The position numbers were made by a program, and so were the translations under genes. DNA of 63,991 bases, filler included, from Octopus bimaculoides (lineage: Eukaryota): NCBI RefSeq assembly GCF_001194135.2. It is 10 parts of 9 records of this genome, joined end to end, with 100 filler letters (N's around TTAATTAATTAA, not from the genome) between each part and the next. Parts side by side here need not be neighbours in the genome. Positions count along the whole stretch, not along the records: positions 19,716 to 50,932 come from NC_068983.1; positions 51,033 to 54,360 come from NC_068994.1; 8 more parts are not named here. The stretch is one strand, 5' to 3'. The notes under the pieces were generated by a model, which did not search any database, had not been told where the DNA came from, and saw only the letters and a program-made list of their open reading frames with translations. Below are positions 39,170 to 51,524 of the stretch, piece after piece; the first letter of the stretch is position 1; every line of letters starts with the position of its first letter.

Positions 39170-39301
39170 TTTCAGTTTCCGTCAACCAAATTCAGAAATC
39201 CTTCGTTGGTCCGAGGCTATAGTAGAAGACACTTGCCCACGCAGTGGGACTGAATCCTGAACCATGTGGTTGGGAAGCAAGCTTCTTACCACATAGCCAC
39301 T
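39170..39301 (-). mobile_element. SINE family B head
   Basis: Minus strand gtggctatgtggtaagaagcttgcttcccaaccacatggttcaggattcagtcccactgcgtgggcaagtgtcttctactatagcctcgg. Confidence 0.85.
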
Positions 39302-41599
39302 CTGGGAGAAAGGAGAACTGGAAGAAGTCGCAGTATTTTTGAATATTATCTAGTGAAACTCCGTTAGCTTTCCCAAGTTAATATAATATAGATCGTCAGC
39401 CAATAATATAATATGCCTCGAGTGTCAGTATTTTAATTATTGTTCATCGTAAAGAGTGATATAATATTAAAAGGAAATAATTCCTTGAAGTAAAATTTAT
39501 AAAAATCTCTTTTGAATAAATAATTCGCAAAATCTAATATATANNNNNNNNNNNNNNNNNNNNNNNNNNNNNNNNNNNNNNNNNNNNNNNNNNNNNNNNN
39601 NNNNNNNNNNNNNNNNNNNNNNNNNNNNNNNNNNNNNNNNNNNNNNNNNNNNNNNNNNNNNNNNNNNNNNNNNNNNNNNNNNNNNNNNNNNNNNNNNNNN
39701 NNNNNNNNNNNNNNNNNNNNNNNNNNNNNNNNNNNNNNNNNNNNNNNNNNNNNNNNNNNNNNNNNNNNNNNNNNNNNNNNNNNNNNNNNNNNNNNNNNNN
39801 NNNNNNNNNNNNNNNNNNNNNNNNNNNNNNNNNNNNNNNNNNNNNNNNNNNNNNNNNNNNNNNNNNNNNNNNNNNNNNATATATACACTAAATGAAAACT
39901 AACTCAAAGAAACTTTTTCCTCTGTAATTTGGGACATTTCCTCGCTAGGATTGTAAAGACACCAAACAGATATCAAACCATCTCTCCCGTAAGGCAATCG
40001 ATCAAGCGTAAAAAAAAAATTTCTGTGAGAATAATCAATTTTCAAAAAACTCTAAAACATACGATGTCTATAAGAAAATCGTAACTGAAGTAGCTGAAGT
40101 AGCTGTCGTTTTTGACAGCACTTGTAGACTGGCATCTCGATATTATGCATAGATTATAAATCGAGGGGTGGAGCTTAATTTTGTCGAGTTTCTGTTACAA
40201 AATGTAACGATGTACTTTATGATTTTGCCAAGGGCATTACGGACGTCAATGAAATAGCTAGAGCTATAACTGGTAATTGAAACCGGTTTGCACGCTTAGC
40301 TCAACGGGGGATGGTTACATTCTGCTTCATGGTCCTCTTTCACTTTCGCTCTTAATATAATATAAATCGAAAGTCTTCGACTGCTTTTACAGTTTCATTG
40401 CTTTCAATATGTGTGGGAAATTTCACAGCAAGATGCTGTTCCATTAACAGAGTAGAGACAGTTATAATACCGAAAGAAGAAAACTGCAGCCAGCTGGAAG
40501 TTAAATGCTATCGTAAAACTCATTTTGCTGTTGTATTCATGTTGAGGAGATACTGGAAAATATTCTTTGGCTGAGAATTTTATCACTTTTACATTTTACG
40601 TCTTTCTCAACAGGATAAATTTATTTAGAGAAACCTCCCGAAGGCTTATATTTATTACTTACATCATATGAACGATGGAGGTTCATAATTTTCACACATT
40701 TCGCGGTGGGAAAATGAGAAAACGTGATAGCAAAATGTGCAAAATGCGTTCATAGATTCCATACAGCTGTATTGAGCGTGCGCGCGTATGCATATATTTA
40801 TGAACATATGGATGGCTGGCTGGATGGCTGGATGGCTGGATGGATGAGGCTCTTGATTAAATGGTGACCAAATTTTATTGGAGAACTCAATATGCTGTAA
40901 AAGTTAAGTATATATTTTATTTTAACTTTTTACTGCGGGTATATGTGTAACAGTAGACAAATTTCATCCACAAATCACAATCTGTTCTGAGCAGCGTCAC
41001 TTTTGCCACATATTCCACGATGACACACCCCGAATTATAAAATATATGTACATGCTAAGTTCCTCCTTCACCAAAACCCAATCACAGAGAATTGGCCATA
41101 ACAGGTGTGATCATACTGGCGGTGCCCCAGCATGGCCACAGTCTTAGGGCTAAAACGTGTAAAAGAATAAAAGAACGGACAGACAGACAGAAAGACAACG
41201 ATCGCTTCCGTCGAAACGATATATGGAGTGTTCAGAGAGAAAACAGAAAAATAAATCCAACCAAAGAGATAATAAACAACACAGGTTATTATTATTATAG
41301 TATTCATCGATGTTTACAATTCATTCACTTCACCCGGTGACTCTTCATGTGTGTCCGCAGGCCACCAAAAGCAATATGGATATGAGCATGACTTAATAAA
41401 CCAGCATGTGATCTAGCTGAAAAATCACAATGGTTGTGAGCAGGAAGACTTGTTCTGTTGATCTATTTTTGTTTCTTCCCGTAGTATCTTAATATTAATG
41501 AAGTACTATTTGAGTTTTGAAATTTTGAGGCTGAAAAAAGTACTTTCTCCTCCCTCTACACGGTTTCTAGCAAGATTCTGAACGTTTCCTTTCAAGTGT

Positions 41600-42480
41600 T
41601 TCAAATTGTCTTTCAGGATCGGTTTGAATGTTTAACTCCTCTTGCAGGAAGCCATCAAGGTGCTTGAGAAAGTAGTAATCAGTAGTAGAAAGATCTGGTG
41701 AATAAGCTGGGTAGGGAAGAACTTCGTAGATAAGTTCCCTCAGCTTCTGTAGCCTCATTGGTGAAACGTGTAGTCGAGCATTGTCAAGAAGAATGATTGG
41801 GACGGAGCAGTAGCAAATTTTCGTTCATTTTGGCAATTTCATGGTAATGCTTTTGCAGTAATTGTCTTTCCGGGTTTTAAGAAGTCATAGTAGATGAGTC
41901 CAGCAGTACACCACGAAACAGTTACCATAACCTTCTTTTTGAAGAGCTCGGGTTGATTTTTGGTGCTTCATTTTGCTCCAACCACTGCGAAGAACGTTTT
42001 TTTTTTTATTATTGTACAGAAGCCACTTTTCATCGCCAGTTACAATGCGGTCGAGAAATGGATCGGTCTGCTTACGGAGAAGAAGCGACAAAAAATTTCA
42101 TTTCTGAGCATTTTGTAACTTTCATATGTTACTCATTTGTAGAGCCTTTTGATTTTCCGATCGCATGCAAATGATTTCATGCAGTTTTCTAACTAATTTG
42201 AAGTTCTTTTCCTAGCTTCCAAGTGGTTTTACGTGGATCTTTCTTAATGACGGTCTTTAATTGACCGTCATCGATGATAGATGGATGCCAACTACTCTCA
42301 CTATCTTCAAGGCTCAGGTCTCCACTGTGAAATGGTTTAAACCATTTTAGAGCTAACCACTCACGGATCATTTCCTCACCAAACGTTCCGTTGATATCGC
42401 GAGCAGTTGCAGCTGCTTTATGTCCTTTTTTGAAGTTGAATAGCAAAATTCCTCGAATATCGCGCTTTGACAGTTCCACT
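41600..42480 (-). mobile_element. Second Hsmar1-like mariner transposase remnant (different family)
   Basis: ELSKRDIRGILLFNFKKGHKAAATARDINGTFG, DPFLDRIVTGDEKWLLYNN, YEVLPYPAYSPDLSTTDYYFLKHLD; multiple frameshifts, TIRs not seen. Confidence 0.9.
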
Positions 42481-42758
42481 TCAGATGATTGTAACAACGG
42501 TAAAAAAAGCATCAGTGTTAATTTATTGGTGTATTTGGGCAAGTCTATGTCTGTATTGTTACACAACTGCAAAACTGTTTTTAAAACATTTCTAAACGCT
42601 TCAAAAATCCGTACAAATATATGTATATATANNNNNNNNNNNNNNNNNNNNNNNNNNNNNNNNNNNNNNNNNNNNNNNNNNNNNNNNNNNNNNNNNNNNN
42701 NNNNNNNNNNNNNNNNNNNNNNNNNNNNNNNNNNNNNNNNNNNNNNNNNNNNNNNNNN

Positions 42759-42790
<32 letters not shown>

Positions 42791-42813
42791 CATTTATATA
42801 TAAACATAGTGAA

Positions 42814-43131
42814 GGCGCGTGGCTTAGTGGATTGGTATTCGGCTCATGATCGTAAAGTCATGAGTTTAATTCCAGGCACCGCGTTGTGTCCTTCATCAAG
42901 CCACTTTATTTACTTTGCTCCAGTCTACTCAGCCTGAAAAAATAAGATGTAACTGTATTTCAAAGGGCCCAGCCTTGTTACATTCCGTCTCATGCTGAAT
43001 TTGCTTGAGAGCTATGATAAGAGTACACGTGTCTGTGGAGTACTCAACCACTTGCATGTTAATTTTACAAGCAGGCTGTTCCGTTCATCGGGTCATCGGG
43101 AACCCTCATCGTCGTAACCGACGGAGTGCCA
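42814..43131 (+). mobile_element. CORE-type SINE family C
   Basis: ggcgcgtggcttagtgg A-box, gagtttaattcc B-box, gttgtgtcc core, tail ending cgtaaccgacggagtgcca. Confidence 0.85.
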
Positions 43132-43132
43132 G

Positions 43133-43164
<32 letters not shown>

Positions 43165-44187
43165 AGTGTCTGTGTGTGTATGTGGGGCATATTTTCCCCC
43201 TATTTTTGTACTTGAACACAGAAGCAAACGTATACCGCCCACTTTTGATCTTTACATCAGAGAAATATTAAATTATCCTCTGCTTTCAAAAGTCTTCCAT
43301 TCTTTCCCTTTCCTTTCTTTCCTCTCATCCCTTTCTGACATTTCGGCGCCTGACCACCCGATAAGTAGTTCTTTGTTATCTGTTATTCATCTTTAAGTCC
43401 CTTCAAAATTTATCTCCATGCTTGGTTGACTACGTTACTGTTGATCGTTGTTTACAAATTGTAATCCTTGACAAATTCTCTTTTACCAAATTACCGTGTC
43501 TTGATTTTTATCTCCGATCTTGTTTTCTTTTACGTTTCTTTCACCAGTTTCTTCTCACGTTTTGTCTTCTTCCCACAGAAAACATTTCTGTCCCGCTACC
43601 AAATTCTTACTCTCATATTACTTTGCCGACTCTCTATCTTCTAGCCTTGCCCATTGAAGGTGGCTTCTTTCTCGCTCTCTCTCTCCATCGTTGTTCAACT
43701 GCCCTTAAGATATAAATAAAAGCTAAAACCTGACTTACTTCAAATCAACAGGCATATAGTTTCTACTACTAAGAAACAATACCTTCCAGATTATACTTAA
43801 CATACTTATCCAAAATGGACGGTTTATGCACAAAAATGGCATCTTCAGCTAGAAAATTGGTCGTCAGATGGGGCTGATGAATCTTAACATATATTAGTTA
43901 ATGTTACCATTCTGGGAAAAAATAAACCATGAATTACTTTTACGTTTCAAGAATGTCTTTAATTCAAATTTGATTGCCTTTATGCATACTTATATACATC
44001 AATATATATGTGTGGCGGGTAAGTTTCTGTATAAGTATGTGTGTTTGAGTGGACTGAGAAGTACGTTGTTAGGGTTCTATGATGTCATTGTGGGTTTTTA
44101 CTTATGGGTGCCATAACTATAGGAAACAATTGAAGAGGTCAAAAGTTATATTCCGTTTGAGTAGTGGTTATCCCAGCTACACAGCTT

Positions 44188-44838
44188 GGATCTATTTTAA
44201 AACGGGGGCACCAGTTTTCATTTATGTTTTATGTAGTGTTTTTGGTACGGAAAGACTTTCAAACTTCATATACTTATCTATTTTGTGTTATAGAACAGAA
44301 AAATATTTTTGTATTCGAATTTATTTCATGTGAAAAATTGTCTTATTTCGATCATTTCTACTAATCACTAACGTCTAACCCTAACCCTAACTAGACTGTT
44401 AACTCTAACCCTAACCCTAACTAGACTGTTAACCGTAACCGTAACCCTAGCCCTAACCCTAAAACTAACCCTAACTCTAGAATCCGAACTCTAAAATTGT
44501 TACACACATAGATACGCACAGCGTAATTTATTATATAAACAATATATACGTATAAATTACGATTAAACCGGATGAAATATGTCACAAGGAATAACATTTT
44601 TATGACCGCCCAGCAGTAACTCTATTGTGCTGAATAGACCTCAGTGATTGGTTGAAATTACAGAAATACGACAACTTTAACATGGAATAACTTGCGAATT
44701 CCTTTTTTTTTTTTCGTTAAGAAGACTAAGAGTAAAAGATGTTTTATATGACCCATTCTACCAGTGTCCCAAGTTTCAAAGTGTTTCGTTTAGTGTTTCG
44801 TTAAGAAAATACTGGCGCCCCCGTTTTAAAATAGATCC
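44188..44838. mobile_element. 651-bp MITE with 28-bp TIRs and 8-bp TSD (Merlin-like)
   Basis: GGATCTATTTTAAAACGGGGGCACCAGT (44188-44215) vs 44811-44838, 27/28; CACAGCTT duplicated at 44180-44187 and 44839-44846. Confidence 0.92.
44375..44478. repeat. Interstitial telomere-like (CCCTAA)n array inside the MITE
   Basis: ctaaccctaaccctaactagactgttaa unit twice, followed by variant taaccc/taaccg repeats. Confidence 0.9.
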
Positions 44839-45471
44839 CACAGCTTTNNNNNNNNNNNNNNNNNNNNNNNNNNNNNNNNNNNNNNNNNNNNNNNNNNNNN
44901 NNNNNNNNNNNNNNNNNNNNNNNNNNNNNNNNNNNNNNNNNNNNNNNNNNNNNNNNNNNNNNNNNNNNNNNNNNNNNNNNNNNNNNNNNNNNNNNNNNNN
45001 NNNNNNNNNNNNNNNNNNNNNNNNNNNNNNNNNNNNNNNNNNNNNNNNNNNNNNNNNNNNNNNNNNNNNNNNNNNNNNNNNNNNNNNNNNNNNNNNNNNN
45101 NNNNNNNNNNNNNNNNNNNNNNNNNNNNNNNNNNNNNNNNNNNNNNNNNNNNNNNNNNNNNNNNNNNNNNNNNNNNNNNNNNNNNNNNNNNNNNNNNNNN
45201 NNNNNNNNNNNNNNNNNNNNNNNNNNNNNNNNNNNNNNNNNNNNNNNNNNNNNNNNNNNNNNNNNNNNNNNNNNNNNNNNNNNNNNNNNNNNNNNNNNNN
45301 NNNNNNNNNNNNNNNNNNNNNNNNNNNNNCTCTAGCTTATTTTCAAATATCGTGACGCATATACAGAAATAATGATGTTTCTTTCTGTCAATTTATCAAT
45401 ATATTTCTATTCGTCATTTCTATTGGTCTCTCACCATCTTCTTTTTATTGTGATTGCTTGTTGATTTATTG

Positions 45472-45505
<34 letters not shown>

Positions 45506-45764
45506 ACGTGTGTGTGTAAGTGTGTTTGTACGTGTGTGTGTACGTGTGCGTGAGTGTATGTGTGCGTGTGTGTATGTGTGCGTTTGTGTGCGTGTGCGAG
45601 AGAGTGTGTGTGTATGTGTAAATATATATATACATACATATATATGAATATATATGTGTGTGTACGTACATACACATATTCTGAGAGTCGGGCAGCGATT
45701 GCTATATAGACGAACATACAAAAAGATAGATAGATAGATAGATAGATAGACAGATGGATAGATG

Positions 45765-45804
<40 letters not shown>

Positions 45805-45806
45805 CA

Positions 45807-45890
45807 TTTCTTTTATTAGCCACACAGGGCTCAACGAAGATGGGACAAATACAATGTAGAGCTTTTCTTTTTGGGAGGGGGAAGGAAGGA
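45807..45890 (-). mobile_element. LINE-like 3' end followed by (TATC)n, left of gap
   Basis: Reverse complement of the 46718-46810 copy, identical over the 84 bp compared; AATAAAAG near the end. Confidence 0.65.
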
Positions 45891-46717
45891 NNNNNNNNNN
45901 NNNNNNNNNNNNNNNNNNNNNNNNNNNNNNNNNNNNNNNNNNNNNNNNNNNNNNNNNNNNNNNNNNNNNNNNNNNNNNNNNNNNNNNNNNNNNNNNNNNN
46001 NNNNNNNNNNNNNNNNNNNNNNNNNNNNNNNNNNNNNNNNNNNNNNNNNNNNNNNNNNNNNNNNNNNNNNNNNNNNNNNNNNNNNNNNNNNNNNNNNNNN
46101 NNNNNNNNNNNNNNNNNNNNNNNNNNNNNNNNNNNNNNNNNNNNNNNNNNNNNNNNNNNNNNNNNNNNNNNNNNNNNNNNNNNNNNNNNNNNNNNNNNNN
46201 NNNNNNNNNNNNNNNNNNNNNNNNNNNNNNNNNNNNNNNNNNNNNNNNNNNNNNNNNNNNNNNNNNNNNNNNNNNNNNNNNNNNNNNNNNNNNNNNNNNN
46301 NNNNNNNNNNNNNNNNNNNNNNNNNNNNNNNNNNNNNNNNNNNNNNNNNNNNNNNNNNNNNNNNNNNNNNNNNNNNNNNNNNNNNNNNNNNNNNNNNNNN
46401 NNNNNNNNNNNNNNNNNNNNNNNNNNNNNNNNNNNNNNNNNNNNNNNNNNNNNNNNNNNNNNNNNNNNNNNNNNNNNNNNNNNNNNNNNNNNNNNNNNNN
46501 NNNNNNNNNNNNNNNNNNNNNNNNNNNNNNNNNNNNNNNNNNNNNNNNNNNNNNNNNNNNNNNNNNNNNNNNNNNNNNNNNNNNNNNNNNNNNNNNNNNN
46601 NNNNNNNNNNNNNNNNNNNNNNNNNNNNNNNNNNNNNNNNNNNNNNNNNNNNNNNNNNNNNNNNNNNNNNNNNNNNNNNNNNNNNNNNNNNNNNNNNNNN
46701 NNNNNNNNNNNNNNNNN

Positions 46718-46807
46718 TTTTTCCTTCCTTCCCCCTCCCAAAAAGAAAAGCTCTACATTGTATTTGTCCCATCTTCGTTGAGCCCTGTGTGGCTAATAAA
46801 AGAAATG
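46718..46807 (+). mobile_element. LINE-like 3' end followed by (TATC)n, right of gap
   Basis: gaaaagctctacattgtatttgtcccatcttcgttgagccctgtgtggctaataaaagaaat then (TATC)n. Confidence 0.65.
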
Positions 46808-46866
<59 letters not shown>

Positions 46867-46903
46867 AGATAGATAGATAGGAAGATAGATGGCTGGACGG
46901 ATG

Positions 46904-46929
<26 letters not shown>

Positions 46930-46942
<13 letters not shown>

Positions 46943-47110
46943 CGGCATTTCGCCCGTCTTCACGTTATGAGTTCAAATTCCGCCGAGGTTGACTTCGCCT
47001 TTCATCCTTTCGATCTCTATAAAATAAGCAGCAGATCAGTACTCGGATCGATGCAACTGACTAGAGTCCCAACACTGAAATTTCTTGCCTTGGGCTAAAA
47101 TCTGAAACGA
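46930..47110 (+). mobile_element. SINE family A, 5'-truncated
   Basis: gagttcaaattccgccgaggttgacttcgcctttcatcctttcg core. Confidence 0.75.
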
Positions 47111-48879
47111 ATATTTATAACTTCGTTGCAAAAAGGTAAAGAAAAAAGTATACTGATATTTTTATATACCTCCGTGGTCAGAAACATTGTATTTTGCGAC
47201 CTGTTTAGTCTCTATTAAGTTATTACTCAGAATATATATTATATTATATTTGTTTTTTGTGCCATCATTGTTGTCGTTGTTGTTGGTTTCTGTTATATTG
47301 TACAAAATAAAACTCAGATGAAATAACCAGTGAAAGTCGCTGATAGCGTGGTTGATATATGTGTGTTTTTACATTTGCTTACACCTCACAGCGTGGATTG
47401 AAAATATCAATTTCTATTGGTGACATAAACTCCCTTTTCAATCTCAATATCCTCGTTTGGATATTTACTCAATTTTTATTCCGTCAAGTTCATTATACTA
47501 CCATAATATGTATCATAAATTCAATATATATCACTATGCACAAAAAGCAAATTCTTTCAATATAGATGAGATCCTCCCAATCTCATCTCATTACATATTT
47601 TATATGTAAATATATATATATATGGTGAGAGAGAGAGAGAGAGAGAGAGAGGTAAATATGCAGACAAACAAATTAGGTACATCAAATTATGCTTATGGGA
47701 ATCGCTAACCATACTTCGCCACCACAACCCCTCATTACTCAATAGATTCTCATGTAATATTGTCTTGTGAATACAAGTTCTACTCGTCCTTTGCCAATTT
47801 TATTAAGTATATGTAGTCCCATAACTATAATAATCCTTAAGTAAAATAACCTTGAAGTACGAGAAGGTCAGCATAGCAACTTCCTACCTTAACTAATACC
47901 ATTAAACTATTCTTTCTGGTTGTTGGATCCGCATATTCCTCTAACCCACCACATCCCACTAGCCTCAGAGTCTCCCCAACATCAAAAATGGTACCCTTTC
48001 CTACCTCTCATTTCTCCTTTTTAACTAAAAGCACTTAATACTACCAATTAGATACTAGCCTATCAACCTCCCCCTCTCTCTCTATTCATCTCTCCCTGTT
48101 CAATTTCATACACCTCTGTATATTTCAGTACTCCCTCTCCAATACCAACTGACTTCCCTTATCCTATTAACCACTGCTATCTTGACCACCAATTGACCCA
48201 CACCCTGTCCCCGTCTTCTCTCATACCGTTCAACATACCTTTCTGACACTCAACTAGACACTTTACCTCCTTCAAATAGTTCTCAGCTTCCAATGATTCT
48301 ATAGTTATTATCCCTACTCTTTGATTCCTAAACACAAATCCAACACAACTCACTACCATTCAAATACTATCTTTTCTACCCCCCCCCCCTATTTATCTTC
48401 CAACTCTGCACTTCTACTACCATCTCTCTTAGTACCCTTAAAATTAACCCCTCACTCTTCCTGAACTATCTTCCATCTTCTCACGACTCCCTGCCGTAAT
48501 ACCCTCATAGACCCACCAACCTTCCTATTTCCCCATTCTATACAGCTAGCGCTCGACATTTAATGATTCCATCTTTGAACTTCCCTGTATTAAGATCGGA
48601 GATGTATGATCTCTTCTACCATGATGAGGGAGGCTCGTTTCCCCCAATATTGGGATGAATTTACCAAAATTATTTCGAATCTGTAAGACCCCAGAGATAG
48701 TTGTTGGATTTATAACACCTTTCTTCTGCCTCTATATATTTATGCTTAAAAATTCATCATCTGGAAGACTCCACATTCTGGTTTCTCACGTTTGCCTGTG
48801 AAACCAGAATGTACGAAATAGTTTCGTACCCAAACTATTAAATATATTTAATGAACCTAATTTGCTTCAGGGAGTAAAG

Positions 48880-49215
48880 TCGTATGTTTTCTGAACCTCT
48901 CCCCGTAGCTTATCCGCTGCACTGTTTCAATCCGTTTAATGTAGTGGCGTTGCGCTGCTTCAAACTCCACTGTTAGTCTGGTATTATGTGGTGACCTTAG
49001 CGTAGAACAGTAGTCGAGGCGGCTGAGAACAAAGATCTTCCACAAGGTCAACGTAACACCTTGGTCTCTTGTTTTGAAGGTTATTAGTATCCACGCTGCC
49101 AGTTGCTTGCATTTCGCTGCCATCTTGGTAATGTGCAAATGAAAGGATTCATCATTTCACATACTGATCACCAAGTCTTTCACTACCTGTGACTTTGGCA
49201 TTGCAGTGCCTTCGA
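48880..49215 (-). mobile_element. CR1/L2-group LINE ORF2 post-RT fragment
   Basis: VKDL.ISM*NDESFHLHITKMAAKCKQLAAWILITFKTRD...LWKIFVLSRLDYCS...E.AQR..IKRI.....SYGER matches the CR1-type post-RT pattern. Confidence 0.75.
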
Positions 49216-49312
49216 ATCGTGTACATGAAAGCCGCATGTTTGAAATTTTTCAGCATTAAACCGCATGTGTGTGTGTGTATATATATATATCTATTGATAA
49301 ATATATAGGTAT

Positions 49313-49363
<51 letters not shown>

Positions 49364-49381
49364 CACACACAAAAAAAATAC

Positions 49382-49418
<37 letters not shown>

Positions 49419-49429
49419 GCTTTATGTAT

Positions 49430-49545
49430 ATCCTTGTAACTTAGCGATTCAGCAAGTGACCGACAGAAAAAGAATCAGGCTTTAAAAGATAAGTATTGTG
49501 TTCGATTTCACCGAAAGCCCATTCCAGGCAGTGCCATAAAAGATA
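49430..49545 (-). mobile_element. SINE family B tail fragment
   Basis: + strand gtaacttagcgattcagcaagtgaccgacagaa...aagtattgtgttcgattt resembles the tail at 51130-51230; orientation assignment tentative. Confidence 0.45.
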
Positions 49546-50365
49546 CTGAAAAACTCGTATGTGCGCTCATATATATANNNNNNNNNNNNNNNNNNNNNNN
49601 NNNNNNNNNNNNNNNNNNNNNNNNNNNNNNNNNNNNNNNNNNNNNNNNNNNNNNNNNNNNNNNNNNNNNNNNNNNTATATATATATTCATGCACGCACAC
49701 GCAGACACACAAACATACAAGTACTCACACAGGCTGAAGTACGATCGTACTCGATTTTGAAAACGCGCCTGAAGATATAACGAGAAAGAGAGATAGAGAC
49801 CTACAGATAGAAGATATTTCTCATTATTCAAACTTAAATAACGAACATTAATATAGAAATCTTGACCTACTTAGACTCGGGCTCACAACCACTCACATAG
49901 GCACACTCTCACATACATGATCGCATACTCATTGAAAATTACGCCTGCTGTAGAAGCACTTTTACAAGAGCGTTATAAATGGTACGTACAGTATTTTTTG
50001 ATTAATTGTATATACCCGACCACACACATTCACTGAGAAGCACAAACGCCATCCAGTAATTGATTTTTCGTTCCTGATTAAAGAATTGATTAATTCGCGT
50101 CCTATTTTGACATTAAAGAGGGAATTTATAAAAAATGAATAAAAAGAAAAAGTAACAATAGTAGACTGTGCTTCGCAAATAAATAGCGCATTCAAAAGCA
50201 TTACAAATACATCATCTAACCTCGTTTATACTTTTTTTAACTCACACTTATTCACCTACCACCGGCTGACACAAAACGATATAAACGTAAGTTTGCGTGT
50301 GCTGTGTGGTAAGTACATATTCATTATTATGATTACTATTATTATTATTATTATTATTATTATTA

Positions 50366-50680
50366 GAAAACTCACACCTTATTTTGCTGGATATGAAAGA
50401 AAGTATCAGCTGTCCATAGCTAGAAGAATAACGTGACACTTGTTTAAAGGTCATGCTTTAAGAACCCTGCGAAGAATTCTTGCATTTCGAAGTAATGCTG
50501 ATTTTTGTAGGTGTTCTACCTTCACACTTGCAACGGTCTTTTTCAGCCATGTTGGTAGTTGAGTGCTGATACTTCCAAGTGCACAAATTACTATTGGTGT
50601 CACGTCTACTATCTTCATTGACCACAACCTTCGTGTTTCCCACTTTAAATCGTCGTAGTTGTTTATTTTTCTTCTTTCAC
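50366..50680 (-). mobile_element. R4/Dong-like 3' end, copy 4, inside (TAA)n
   Basis: Minus translation NYDDLKWETRRLWSMKIVDVTPIVICALGSISTQLPTWLKKTVASVKVEHLQKSALLRNARILRRVLKA* (stop 50451-53), 85-bp UTR, (TAA)n on both sides. Confidence 0.9.
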
Positions 50681-51089
50681 ATTATTATTATTATTACTAT
50701 TATTATCATTATTATTATTATTATTATTTTATGTTTGACTTTTGTTTTGCATTTGTACAAGTTGGATCCAAGTCTCACCCAGAGACCTCAAGAGACAACA
50801 AGTTAGAAGTTCATGTAGGTGTTATGCCTAGGGTACCATATATTTGGATTTGTACAGTTTTGTTCTAGTGAATGTTTAAGAAACCATAAGACAATTATGT
50901 GTTTGCTTTAAAATTTGAGATCACATGGACAGNNNNNNNNNNNNNNNNNNNNNNNNNNNNNNNNNNNNNNNNNNNNTTAATTAATTAANNNNNNNNNNNN
51001 NNNNNNNNNNNNNNNNNNNNNNNNNNNNNNNNTGTGTGTGTGTGTGTGTGTTTGTGTGTGTGTGTACGTATGTATGTATGTAGTTGTGT

Positions 51090-51295
51090 GTCTGTGTTTG
51101 TCCCCCACCATTGCTTGACAACCGATGTTGCTTTATTTACGTCGCCGTAACTTAGCGGTTCGGCAAAAAACCGATAGAATAAGTACTAGACTTACAAAGA
51201 ATATGTCTTGGGGTCGGTTTGTTCGACTAAAGGCGGTGCTCTAGCATGGCCGCAGTCAAATGACTGAAACAAGCAAAAGAATAAAAAAATAAAAG
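51090..51295 (+). mobile_element. SINE family B 3' half after (TG)n and gap
   Basis: cgtaacttagcggttcggcaaaa..ccgatagaataagtac...gcatggccgcagtcaaatgactgaaacaag. Confidence 0.85.
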
Positions 51296-51434
51296 AACAG
51301 TTCAATGAATTAAACAAATTTTCAGCATTGTGTTTATGACGTCACAATAACTTGAACATTTCTCTGCAGATTTGCTTTCAAAAGTCTTCAGTCCCATTGA
51401 ATATTTCGCGGTGATTAGAGACTATGGAATGCGC

Positions 51435-51448
51435 GCACCAGGGGGCGT
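51435..51448 (+). promoter_or_regulatory. CTCF-like motif
   Basis: GCACCAGGGGGCGT matches CCACCAGGGGGCGC at 12/14; sequence match only. Confidence 0.3.
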
Positions 51449-51524
51449 ACGCAGACATCTGAAGACTAGTGTGAAGTGACAGTCATCATCTTTACCTTGT
51501 TTTTGATGTTTGTGGGGGTGTTTT

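Noticed and set aside
40395-40520. Chemokine-like spacing in RCC...IIPKEENCSQLEV
   Set aside because: Superficial; Cys spacing does not fit CXC/CC, and chemokines are not established in molluscs.
44375-44478. Telomere or chromosome-fusion scar
   Set aside because: Short, single orientation, and enclosed within a TIR/TSD-bounded element.
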